Shown here: positions 10,701-22,700 of the stretch, piece after piece
How positions within the stretch are numbered: position 1 is the stretch's first letter
Layout: each line of letters starts with the position of its first letter
Source of the DNA: Octopus bimaculoides
Lineage: Eukaryota
DNA: 37,009 nucleotides
Direction of reading: 5' to 3'
Assembly (NCBI RefSeq): GCF_001194135.2
Contig: NC_068987.1
Coordinates: forward strand, 46,989,657-47,026,665
Made by a program: the position numbers and the translations under genes
Notes under the pieces: generated by a model
What the model was told of the DNA's origin: nothing
The model's database searches: none
What the model saw: the letters and a program-made list of their open reading frames with translations, nothing else

Positions 10701-13700
10701 TCGAAGAATATCGACGGAAGCAGTTTTGGCGAAAGGCCAACACTAGATTTATCAAATAGAGTAAATCAAATACAGAGAACAACAAACCAATCGAAAGCTG
10801 TTGAAGAATTAAGTAAATTCAATGAAATCAGTAGTTCAAGCAGAAAGACTGTTTTGTCAACCTCCCCTTCGTTATCAGCAACAAGAAAAACTGTTCCTTC
10901 TGGTAATATTACCAAGTCATTGGAATTATTCCAGAAAGAAATTACCAAAGCTGGAAAACAACCCATAAAAATAGAAGAAAAGACACAAATCTCAACTAGG
11001 GAGGAGAAAGGAGTTTGTGTGAGCAAACATGGGAGAGATAGTGCTGAAGAACCGCCTCCAGAAAGAGATAAACAGGATTTTGGTGTTAAGCCACTGAAAG
11101 ACAATAAAGATTCCCTTAGGATGTTTAGCGGTGCAGACGGTATTACCAACGCTAAATACAGAGGAATCAGACAAACCGAAGAATCCATCAAATATATTTC
11201 AAGATCTAACAGCGAGAACATTCCAAAGAAAGAAGTTGAAGAAGCGGCCATAATAAATGATGTTCCCACTCGGAGAAGTGATGACATCAAAACTGAGAAC
11301 CAATATGTTGGTGAGCAAAGCCCTGGGGATCAATCGATAGAAAATGTCAGGAAAGACGACATTGATGAAAATAAGAGCAAAAACATTATTAAATCAGATG
11401 AAAATCAATCCAGAAGGATCACTAACGATAATTCCAAAATCAAAGTTGATTCTGAAACCGCCTTATTGTCAACAGTCAGGAAATCAGATTTGGAATCGAC
11501 TGCAAATGACACTAAAAACATATATTCTTCAAAACATCCTAAAAGAGAAAAAAGCGAAAAGTCTTGGAAAAAATCTTCTAAAGAGAAGACTGATTCTTAC
11601 ACAGAACATACAGATGGTCGTTCACACAAGGAAATAGCCGAAAGCCAGCTTCCTCATCCTGAGAAAACAAAATCTACTGGAAGCGAAAATATTGCACAAA
11701 AATTCGATAGGCCTGAAGATAAAAATGAAGCAAATCTTGGTATTGGGGCTACTGAAAATAGGGAACCAATTCAGAAGGAAAAACCCACTAAGTCTGTGAG
11801 TGAAATGACTCAAATTTTCGATGCGAGTGGTAAACATTTGGGTTATGTCAGCATGGAAGAGATTCTACGACTTCTTAGTGAAAAGCTGAATCTTCCAAGT
11901 GCTGTCAACTTGGATCAAAATACCAGTAAAGATGCCGCTACGTCTGTGACCAGTAGCTTACATAGAAAGATGGAAGGGGCACCAGCAGAAAAAAGTTTTA
12001 AAGCAAAACATAGTTCGTCGTATGAGTCGAAAGATAAATTCGACAATGAACCCCATAGACATACCAGCAGTAAAGCTGACATGCTAAAGGAAAAAGAGTT
12101 TCATGATCACTCGAAGATTGATAGTGGAGTTGACAACAAATTCAGCAAAAAAGTTAGCCCTAAACATAGCAGTGAATCTAGCCCTGAGTCCAGCAGTGAG
12201 TCCAGTCCTGAACTCAGCAGTGAGTACAGCACTGAAGTGAGAAGTGAAACCAGTTCTGAATCCAGTACTCAGGCCAGTATAATAGATAAAAACGAACATC
12301 TCACTATCTTAAGTGAGCCAACAAGTAATGACACAAGTACTGAACACAGCGTTGAGTCTAGTCCCGAATTGAGCAGCGAGTGCAGTCCCGAACTGAGTAG
12401 TGAGTGCAGTCCAGAACTCAGCAGTGAATCCAGTTGCGCAGAACTCAGTGGAGATTCCAGTAGCCCTGACGTCAACAGCATCCCTAGTAGTGAGGCTAAC
12501 AGTGAAACAGAGAGCGACCAATTCCATAGTAAAGTCAGCAACCGAGAATTCAGCTTTGAACATAGCCGTGTATTGAATGAGGAAGATAAAATTAAAGATG
12601 GTGACACCAGTTCAGATTTCAAGCTCAACTTTGTTTCTGAGAATAAATCCAGTGATGATTCTAAGATTGACATCACAAGAATCATAGATAATAAAGATAG
12701 TGTAGATGTTCCAAATAAGGAAGACAGGACAAGCTGGTCCAAACGTCTTCACAGCGATTCAGATTTTGCTGCTAAGAATGAGAGTCTTGATAATCAAGTT
12801 GAAATCGATCAAGAAGCCAATATTGAAATTGGGAACAGAGATTTAAGCGAGAAACAATTCAAGGGTTCCGAAAAGGCCCTTGATACATCACTTGATAGTA
12901 ATACTGCTCACAAAACTGATAAGGAATCTAAACTCCAAACCAAAATTGATGCAGTTGATAATCGTAAAGTGAATTTAAGCCCAACTTCAACTGCGGAGAA
13001 TTTAAATAACATGAGTGATTTAAAGCATCATAGATCTGAAATACTTCAGGCAAGATCTACAGTTTCAGACGATGTTGGCGTTACGTCCAAGGAAGTTTTC
13101 ACTGAATTTGGTCAAAAACAGAAACCAGACGACGTAAATATTGAACAAATTGTTTCTGAATTCGTTGACAGTAAACATAAGTCAAGTGAGTATGATCTTA
13201 GAGCTTCCAATCATAAAAGCAGCGATGGAATTTTAACTAAAACGAATGATGCCAAAAATAGCAATAGCAGCGAAAATATTAAAGTCATTGAGATTTCCCG
13301 GAGCAAAAGTGAAAGTATTGAATGCAAAGAGGAGAAAGAAAACAAATACACGGAGCCAAACAAGCCAAAAGTAATCAGGAAATACAGTAAAAGTTCAAAA
13401 CATGTTGATATCGATCTTTTGGCAGACCAAATGAAGGAAGCAGATGTAAGCAGCAAGACAGATAAACTGGAAGATTCTTATCAGATAGTTTCGGAACAAA
13501 ATAAAGTGAAAGGTGACAAAGACGGGAAAACTGAAGAAAAATCCCGGCCGAAACAGAATCGCAAATCAGAACAGAAAAGAAATAAGAAGAAAAATAATAT
13601 AAATAAAACATCACGGAATAATGAAAACTTTAGTAGCGAGGATAACTCTGCTAAATCCAGCGGTGCCGATATTCCAGGTAAGACATCGTCTGAAAGACCT

Positions 13701-16700
13701 AAAAGAAGTGCGGTAGAATCTTCTGAAAGTGACGGTTCCAACAGTTTGGCCAAGTCTACGAGTAAAGTTAACCGTAAAGTAGATTTGGACAACGAAAGAG
13801 ACTACAAGAAAGACACAACATCAGATAATTCTTTAAAAGAGCAATCTCTTCTGTTAAGTCAGTCTAATGTGGTTGAAAAGAAACTTGCTAGCGATAGCAG
13901 AAGTTTTGAAGGAATTTGCGATAGAAAGATTAAGCCACTTCCGGTTAAGGATGATAATGTTAAAAAGATAACAGGCCAGATTTCTCCGTCTGTAAACAAT
14001 GAGCAAATTATGAATAAGAATAGCATAAAAGATGATTCTACTGTACTGAGTGATAAGGAAAACAAAATTATGGTGATTAAAGGGCGAGATAAGATTAAAT
14101 GTGACATCACATCATCATCGGACGATTCATCATCGTCTGGTAATGTTGATAAAACAAAGCTTTCTAGGTCTGTAGCTGTTAATGTGAAAAAAAGGGTTTC
14201 GTTTGACTTGAAACCTGACGTCAGCAAACATCCAGAAGATACAAAAGATAATGAACGTGTTTTGGATACGAAAAGCAACTACAAGGAGAAGAAATCTAAA
14301 CACAAGTCAAAGATGAAAACTAGCAAAAATATCGAAAGCAGTTCTGCAATAATCAGTGAAACTAGGAGTAAAATAAAGTCGGAAAACTCTTTATTAACAA
14401 AAGAGAAGAATGGAGAGGCCATTTGCACTGAGGAATCAAATAACGCTCCATCAGATATTATCCTTATCGAAAGTTCGAATAAAGAAACGGATGGGTTAAA
14501 ATTCTTCGAAAGACATCAGGCCGACAACGAGGTGATGGCATCCGTCAAAAAAGAGAAAGGAGCTACACCTTTTAAAACTGAAGAGTCTAAAAAGTCGAGG
14601 AGTAGAAATATGACGGCTGGTGTAGAAATATCAGAAATCCAGAAAGCGTCATATCTTTCCAGTAGAATCGGGTCGATTCATAACGAAAGCAAAGAAGACA
14701 AACAGTTCAATTTGCCACATTCTGGAAGTGAAATAAAGGGAGAAACGCGTGAGGGATTAGGTGAATCAAATTTTAAAGAAACACACGACCAAACAAACGA
14801 CACAGCGAACGAAAGAAAAGATTTCATTTCTGCTTGTCCAGAAATCAATGAGAAGGAACTAGAAATCGGAAATTTGAACGTCAAAGATCAGAATTATGCC
14901 AAAGATATCACCGAAGAAACGAAACTGGGAACCGATACCAATTTGAAAGAAAACTGGGGGATTTCGAGAATACAAAATGAAAATTTCGAAAATACATCTT
15001 GCCAGAAAATTAAGCAAAGTACTGTTGGTGTTAGTGAGAAAGAGCTTGATCAGGTAAGAGTGTATGAGACTGTGTCAAACGGGACTGTCGCTGAAGTAAG
15101 ACATGAAGGAAAAGATGCTGTTAAAATAGACTCTGTCAAAGACGAAGAGTCAATAAGTAAAGAGTTCAAAGAAAACAGCTTGTCAGAAAATAAAGAAGTC
15201 AATTTCATCTCTTCATCAAAATCGGCCGAATATACTGAAGTTAAAACCTCAAAGGAGGCAGTGACGAAAGATGTTGAATTAGATGGAAATGAACAGAATG
15301 ACAGGGGTTTCTCGAATAGAGAGGGAGAAAGTTGTGCAGAAGCAGATATTGACAAGCTGAAAGTTGAACAAAAAAAGGAGGATTCTGAATCTGAAGTTCG
15401 AATTGAGAAGAAGGAAGCTCGAATTATTGAAGATCTTTGTAAATACGCGGTGGAGGGTATAACAGAACCGTTGGAGGTTCTAAATACTCAGTATGTAGAA
15501 AACACGGAAATATCGATGGAAATTGTCTATGATAACGTAGCTGATGTCTCCATCGAATCTCATGAAATTGTACAAATAAATGTTGGAGAAAGTCTTACTG
15601 ATCCTGTAAACTTACATTGCAACGATCTAATGGAGGACTTGACGACATCTTTGAGTGATCTACTGGAAGATATTCGGACGACACCAACAGAGGTTCTAGA
15701 GAACGAGTTTAAGGAGATCTCGGTTTGTCCCGATGATATTTGTTGTAAACATTCAACTGAAATGTTTATTGATGTAAACAATGAACCAGAAGTCCTCCAA
15801 GATTCTGTATGCGTTCTGGAAGCAAACACGTTAGAAACACCAAAGGAATCAATAACCGACCAAAACGAGAGATTAGCAAAATTAACAGAAATTATAGATT
15901 ATGAGGTTATACATGTTGGCGGTGGCATGGAGCTTAGTGTATCAATAGAACAAGCAGATACAGTGCGTGAGGAGAAAAGAGATATTTCCGACGAGACCAA
16001 AGATGCTGAAGAAACATTAAAATCTGCACAAGAACTATATTCCACAGAATCTACAGAGCCTCTACAATATGAAGAAGTCAGTAAAATTGTTACGGCGGTG
16101 ACGAGAGCTCATTTCAAGGACTTGGAAAGAAATTTGATTGATTGTCTGAGCTACTCAGGTGACAATAAAGTAGAATATTGTACAGATTTGGTGGACTTGG
16201 AGGACATAGACCACGAAGAAAACATCATAGAGATCACTGCCGTGGAACATTCTAGAATAGAGGGTATTCCGATTGAGACGTTTGATGTTGCATCAATAGA
16301 CGAAATCATAAGCTTTGTGAAACTTGTGAATACGATATCTGAAGATCCGATCCATGATTTAACTGAACCTGTAGATATTGTCAAAGAAGTTCTTGCAAAC
16401 GCTTCACTAGAACCTGAACACGTGCTCTGTCAAAAGATTACTGAAACTCTATTGGAATCTATAAAAAGTCAACAGAAACTTGACTCTCAATCTTCTTCAG
16501 TTGCCAGTCGAAAAGATGACTCCAAGAGTTTCACTGGTGACAAAAGCCAAGTAATATCTGAGGAAAAATCTGACAAAAATTACTCGCCTGTAGAGTCACA
16601 ACAGTCACAACGGACATCAAACGAATTAGAAGAACACAGCGTAAAAGATTCTAAAGAACTTACTGGTAAAGTTAATGACAAAAGTATGTCTCTTTGCCTT

Positions 16701-19700
16701 GAAAGTGAACAACGAGGGGTTGATTCGAAAATAACTACAGATAAGACTTCAAACAATTCAAGCTACCTATCACCGACAAATGTGAATGATTTTAATGAAT
16801 CTGAAAAAGATAAGGAAACGTTAAATGATCAAATAGGTTCAGATGATATTGAAACATCTAAATATAAGGAGAAATTGGCAAATGAAGATAGCAATGAATC
16901 ACTGGAAACAACAAGTTGTCGGGCAGTTGTCAAGGAAAAATTGACATGTGACAAAGATGGCACTGTTAATGAGATTGATGATAAAGAATTAAAAACGAAT
17001 AAAGATAACGATGCCAAATTGACTGTAGAAATTGTCGGAGCTGATAACGAACTAAGTAAAGCGGAAATAATTGAAGGAAAAAAAGAGAAAAAAGAAAGAG
17101 AAGAAAAAGTAAAAAGAGAAAAGAAAGAAATGAAAGAAAAAGAGAAACGAGAAAAGAAAGAAAAGAAAGAAAAAGAAAAGCAGGAAAAGAAAGAGAAGAA
17201 AGAAATGGAGAAAAGAGAAAAGCTAATGAAAAAAGAGAAGGAAAGGCAAGAAAAGATAGAGAGAAAGTTGAAGGAGAAAATGAAAAAAGAAGGAAAAGTT
17301 GAGGCAGAAATAATGGAGGAAAATAGGAAGAAAAATGAAGAAACGAAGATTGAAGAGAAAGAAATCAGAACAACTGACATTGTAGAAGATACAAAGAGGA
17401 AAGAAAGAAAGAATGAAGGAGTAGAAAATATAGATGGAGTAAATCTCGAAAATAGGGAAGAAAAAATAGAAGAGATGTCGGTCGTGAAGATGGAAGAATC
17501 TACAAAAACAGAAGAAACTCCTGTCTTTGTCGAAAATAAAGAGAAGACAATTAAGGAAGGGGAATTGAGGAAAATGGCATCGATATTTGAGAGAACGAAT
17601 GAGAAGGACTTTCAGGAAAGACAAACTGAAGAAGTACTGGTCGTGGATGGAAAGGAGGGAAAGGAAAGGAAAGAAGAGAAAGCTGAGGTGCTGTCAGTTG
17701 TAGAAAGAAAGAGAGAGAAAGGTATAATAGAAGAAAAATCTAAAGAAGTTTTGGTCGATAAAGGTAAAGAATTGAAGAAAGTTGAAGTCATCGAAGGAAA
17801 TGAAGAAAAGAAAATGAAAGAAATAAAAAGTAAAGAGATTTCTGTGGTTGAAAGAAAGAAGGAGAAAAATGAAAAAGAAGAAAAGCAGGTCTTTGAAGAA
17901 AAGAAGGAAGAACTAAGAAATGAAGAAAAAACCGAAGAAGTGTTAATCGTTCGTGACGAGAAGAAAGTACAGCTAGAAGACAAAATTAAAAGGATATCAT
18001 CGGTCGCTGACGTAAAGGAGAAACAGGCGTATATCATGAAAGAAATGAAGAATGAAAATGAGGCTAGGGAAGAAGCTGAAGGTAAAGTAGACAGGGAACG
18101 GGAGAAAATTAGTGAAAACGAACTTGTAAATTTGGAAAATGAATCAGAAGTTATGGGGGATAAAGAGAGAAATAACAAGGAGGAGATAACTATGGATAAG
18201 AGAGATAAACATGATCAACAGCAGTTGTCACTTAAGGATCGTAATGAGGAGGAGGAAGAGGAGGAGTTTTACGACAGTGTGGACATATCACCACGTGAAA
18301 GTCCAAATGAACTCCCAGCCGAATTGTGTGAACAGAACGATAATCTCAAGCCTAACGAGAGTTCAGTTAAAACGCAGGATTTAGAATCGGTGACACCTCC
18401 TTCTTCAACTCAGTCACTGAAAGAATTGAAAAGTCCCTGTTTAGATAAAGATGCCACTCTGAGCGACACTCAAGAGAGTATTACCGCTGCTACTGTTGAT
18501 GTCACTAAAGATATAGACATAGCAAAACAAGTAACGGAAACAGCAAGTAGTTCGTTACCGGACATTTCCGTGGCGTCATCTACTTCGGAAAACGACAGCT
18601 TAAAGGAGCAAAGTACTAACAACAATGATACAGACGATAGAGAAACTATGTTATCACAGCGTGACAGTAAACATGACAGTACTGGTTTAGATATTACTGA
18701 TATAGCTCTAGCGAAGCAGGAAAAGGCTAAAGATAACGATATCACAAGCATCAGTAAAGAAGCAACAGCTACAACAGCAACAACAACAGTAGCAACAAAA
18801 ACATCAGCCACACCAACAGTAGCAAAAATCAATGGAACAGATCTTCAATCCAATGAAATTGAAGAGACTATAGATACCTCAGATTCAACAAATATCTTGA
18901 ACACTGGACAAAACAAATATGTACCTCCTCAGCGTGAAAGCTGTGAAGATATGTCGTTAGCAGATACTAGTGCTTCGAGCGGAAATGAGAAAATAAGCTA
19001 TGAAAAACCAACAGAACATAAGATAACTACAAACATGGAGGATGATGTTAAGGAAATTAGTTTTCCTGAGAAAGTCGAAAACAACAGAGAAATTGCTTTG
19101 TTAGCTTCAGATAGTGAAGCTGAAATGACCGTTCCTACTGAGAATAGATCTGAAGAACTGTTGGAGAGTGCAGTTTCTGAAAACGCAAACTTAAACAATG
19201 ACGAAATATTAGTACAATCCATTGTTCATGAATCGAAAGAAATTTCTCCCGGTATTTCAACGACTGATGACACTAAAGATGAAGTTGTTGCATTGACACA
19301 AGCAAACAACGTGTCGTCTGATTTAGTCGAAAAAGGTATACCTCATACGACGATCGAAAGTTACGAAGAAGAGGAGAAAACTCAAGCCACACCCACCAAA
19401 AGTGGTGTTCTTTATGCTGTTGATGCTCTAAAGAGAATGTTTGGCTTTTCTTCGAGTGAAGAACCTGAAACATGTGACAAGAATAAGGAATGTATAATCA
19501 CAAGTGAAGCCAATGACAACAGGCAGCAATTGGATGGCAAAAAGGACAGTGTGTGTCACGATGAGGATAATGTTTCTGTAGAAGTCACGAAAGGAATCAA
19601 TGAACGGGATACACCAGAAAATAAGGATTCCAAAGACTCCGAGGTTGAATATTTTGACAAGAACGACAGAAGTGATAAAACTGATACATATTTGGAAGAA

Positions 19701-22700
19701 CAAATATCAATTCAGCCGACGTCTATGGAAGATAAGAAAGAAGATATAAACAATGCAAATAAAGACATTGAGATCGAATCTTCAAAAGAGGAATCCGGTG
19801 AAATGAAACACATCGGGGATATTGTTAGTTCTAAAGGGAAAGATAGAATTATTCCTTGTGATGAAATAATACAGGTGTCGGAAGATGAAGATCATGCCAG
19901 CAGTGAAGACACAACCGATCGAGAAAGTAGCTCAGAATCTTCAAAATCTGTAGAAGAATCAAACAGTGAAATAAGTGAACCAGATTCTGCAGAAAGTTCA
20001 GGAATCATTGCTGCAGATTTAGAAGAAATGCCTCTGTTTTCTCCTCAAAAAATATCAGAGGAGATAAATATTGAAGATAGCGGTGAAAAAGCCTTCAATG
20101 AGGAAGACCAGAAAAACACATTTCATGAAGAAATTTCTACAAATCTTAACAATAAAATTGAAGAGTCAAAAGAATTTATAACCACTGAAGATGGGGAAAC
20201 AGAGCTTAAACTGTCGCCAGTTATTTCTAAGATTGATAACTTAGAAGATGGCTGCATCGAAAACATGGTCTCTGTTATTACAGTCGTTACAGATGAAGAT
20301 TTGTCCGGTGACTCGTTGCCGGAATCAGATATTCTCAAAAATGAAGACGATGCAAGACCTCAGTCAGTAGACTCTGATGTTGACGCAGAATTTATTGTGA
20401 CATCTTCTGGGTCCTCAGATATTGTAACACCAGAAGAGGATCTTGAACCTAAAATTAAAAGAAAGCCACCAGTTCCACTACCAAGAACAACTTCCAAGTC
20501 AGAAGCAAAGGATTCTAACAAGGAATCAGAATCATCTGAAGAAATCAAAGATTCAATAGAAACGGAATCAATGAATGATTATCCGGAAGATGGACAAACT
20601 TCAGTAGAAAGTAAAAGTAAAAAACCAGTTCCTTTACCAAGAAGTGGTGTTAAAACGGCTGAAAGTGTAAACGAATCATCTGAAACTGACGAATCTATAG
20701 AGGAACAGTTCAAAGATCTTTCGAGCAGATTTAACATGTTGCCGCCAGAAATGGGTGAGAAATTAAATTTTAAAAAGAAACCGCCAAAGTTACCGCCAAA
20801 ATCTAAACTTAGTGGTGAACCAAATAGCACCGAACAAATTAATTCTTATGATGATGAATCTGAAACTAATGATTCTGAAGAAATTAAAGATATCAAAAGT
20901 AGATTAAGTATGTTGCCAGCAGAAATGGGTTTCAAACTTAATTTTAAGAAGAAAACTCCACCGCCACCACCATCGAAACTTGCAACAAAAGACGATAAGA
21001 CAGGTGAAATACCTGAAGCTGTAAGTGATGATCATAATGAGAAAGAGAAGTTAATTGAAAATATAGAAATAAAGGAACAGGACAATAAAATCGAACCAAC
21101 AAGTTCTGGCACTGAAGAAGTTGATGATGCACAAATGGATCTAAAAAGAAGAATGAGTATGCTATCGGCAGAAATGGGAGTTGAAATTAATTTGAGGAAG
21201 AAAAGCCCTCCAAGTCCAGCACCAAAGGTGAAAAGGGGTGATAATTCAACTAACGCGGAAGAAAATAAATTAACTGAAGGCGACAAAGGCTCTGAAAGTA
21301 TTGACGGGTTGGAGCAAGTTTCTGATAACATCAATAATACGGACGATTCAGACGAACAATCAATGGATTTAAAAAGTCGGTTAAATAAATTATCTAACGA
21401 GATGGGAACTCAAGTAACTCTGAAGAAATCAGCCCCGGTACCGCCGCCTAAATTTACCAAAGACAAAACGAAATTACAATCGGAAGATGATGAAGAAGAA
21501 ATGGATTTGAAGTCACGAATGAATAAACTTTCTTCGGAGATGGGTACTGAAATTAATTTAAAGAAAACCCAAAAGCCCCCAGTGCCTTTACCAAAGACTG
21601 CAGCGGCAAAGATCAATAGTGTGACGGAGGTAGAGTCAAAAGATCCAGAGGAAAGTGGGGAGACCTCTTGTACATTCGTTATTTCTACAAGTATTGATGA
21701 CGTAGAATGTGATGAATCAGATAGTTTTACGTTTGTAATCAATAGTGATATTACCGAAGATCAAACCGTATCTGCAATCAGCGATAGCTCTGGAACAAAA
21801 TCTGAAACAACTACAGACGGTGACGTAAAAACAGCCGATAGCAGTGCAAATAAAGTAGAAGGTGATAATGAGGACTCTAACAGTTTTACTTTTACAATCA
21901 ATGAAGTGGCTGATAGTGATAAACCGAATTCTTATGACATCACTATATGTCCTACAGAAACAAATGAGGCCCCAGTGGTGGAAGAAAAGAAACCAGAACC
22001 GGAAGTTAAAAAAGAATTAACCGCCGAAGAGAAGGCTAAAGAGAGGCTAAAGAGAATATCGGAGATGCTGGAAGAGGAACGAAAGAAGCCGAAGGAGAGT
22101 ACTGTTGATGCCATGAAACGGAGGTTAAGTGGAAGTTTTTTGCAAGAGGAAGTAAAAGTCGATCCTGTAAAAAGGAGAAGCAGTCTTACCAGTAAACCGG
22201 CACCGAAAAAACTTGGCAATTTAGAAAATTTTCAGAAGAAATTTGGCGCTGCCAATGCACCTGGAATTGACTTTGATTCTATGAAACGAAGATATGGTCT
22301 GTTACCAGCTAAAGACAGTGTCAAAAAGGTGGCACCAGTTGAAAAGAAAGACAGTAAACTATCTAAAAGTAAAGATTCGTCCGAATCTGCCGCTAAAAAT
22401 GAAAATGTTACTGTTGAAACCGAAACGAAAAGTGTTGCCGAACCTTGTCCGATGACAACAGAAGACCAAGGAGACAAAACCAAAAATACTGAAGTTAAGG
22501 TTGCCCAAACAGAAGGAACTGTTGGAATCGATATAATCGAAGGAAAAGTAAGCGATAAAGGTAAGGAAGACGTAAACGAAAAGAGTAAAGTGGAAATAAT
22601 CAATACAGGTGAGGAAAAAGTTATCGATAATGAAAAAACAGCTGATATACCTGAGAGTGGGGACAAACAGACGACTATAGAAAAGAATGCCGATGACTTA

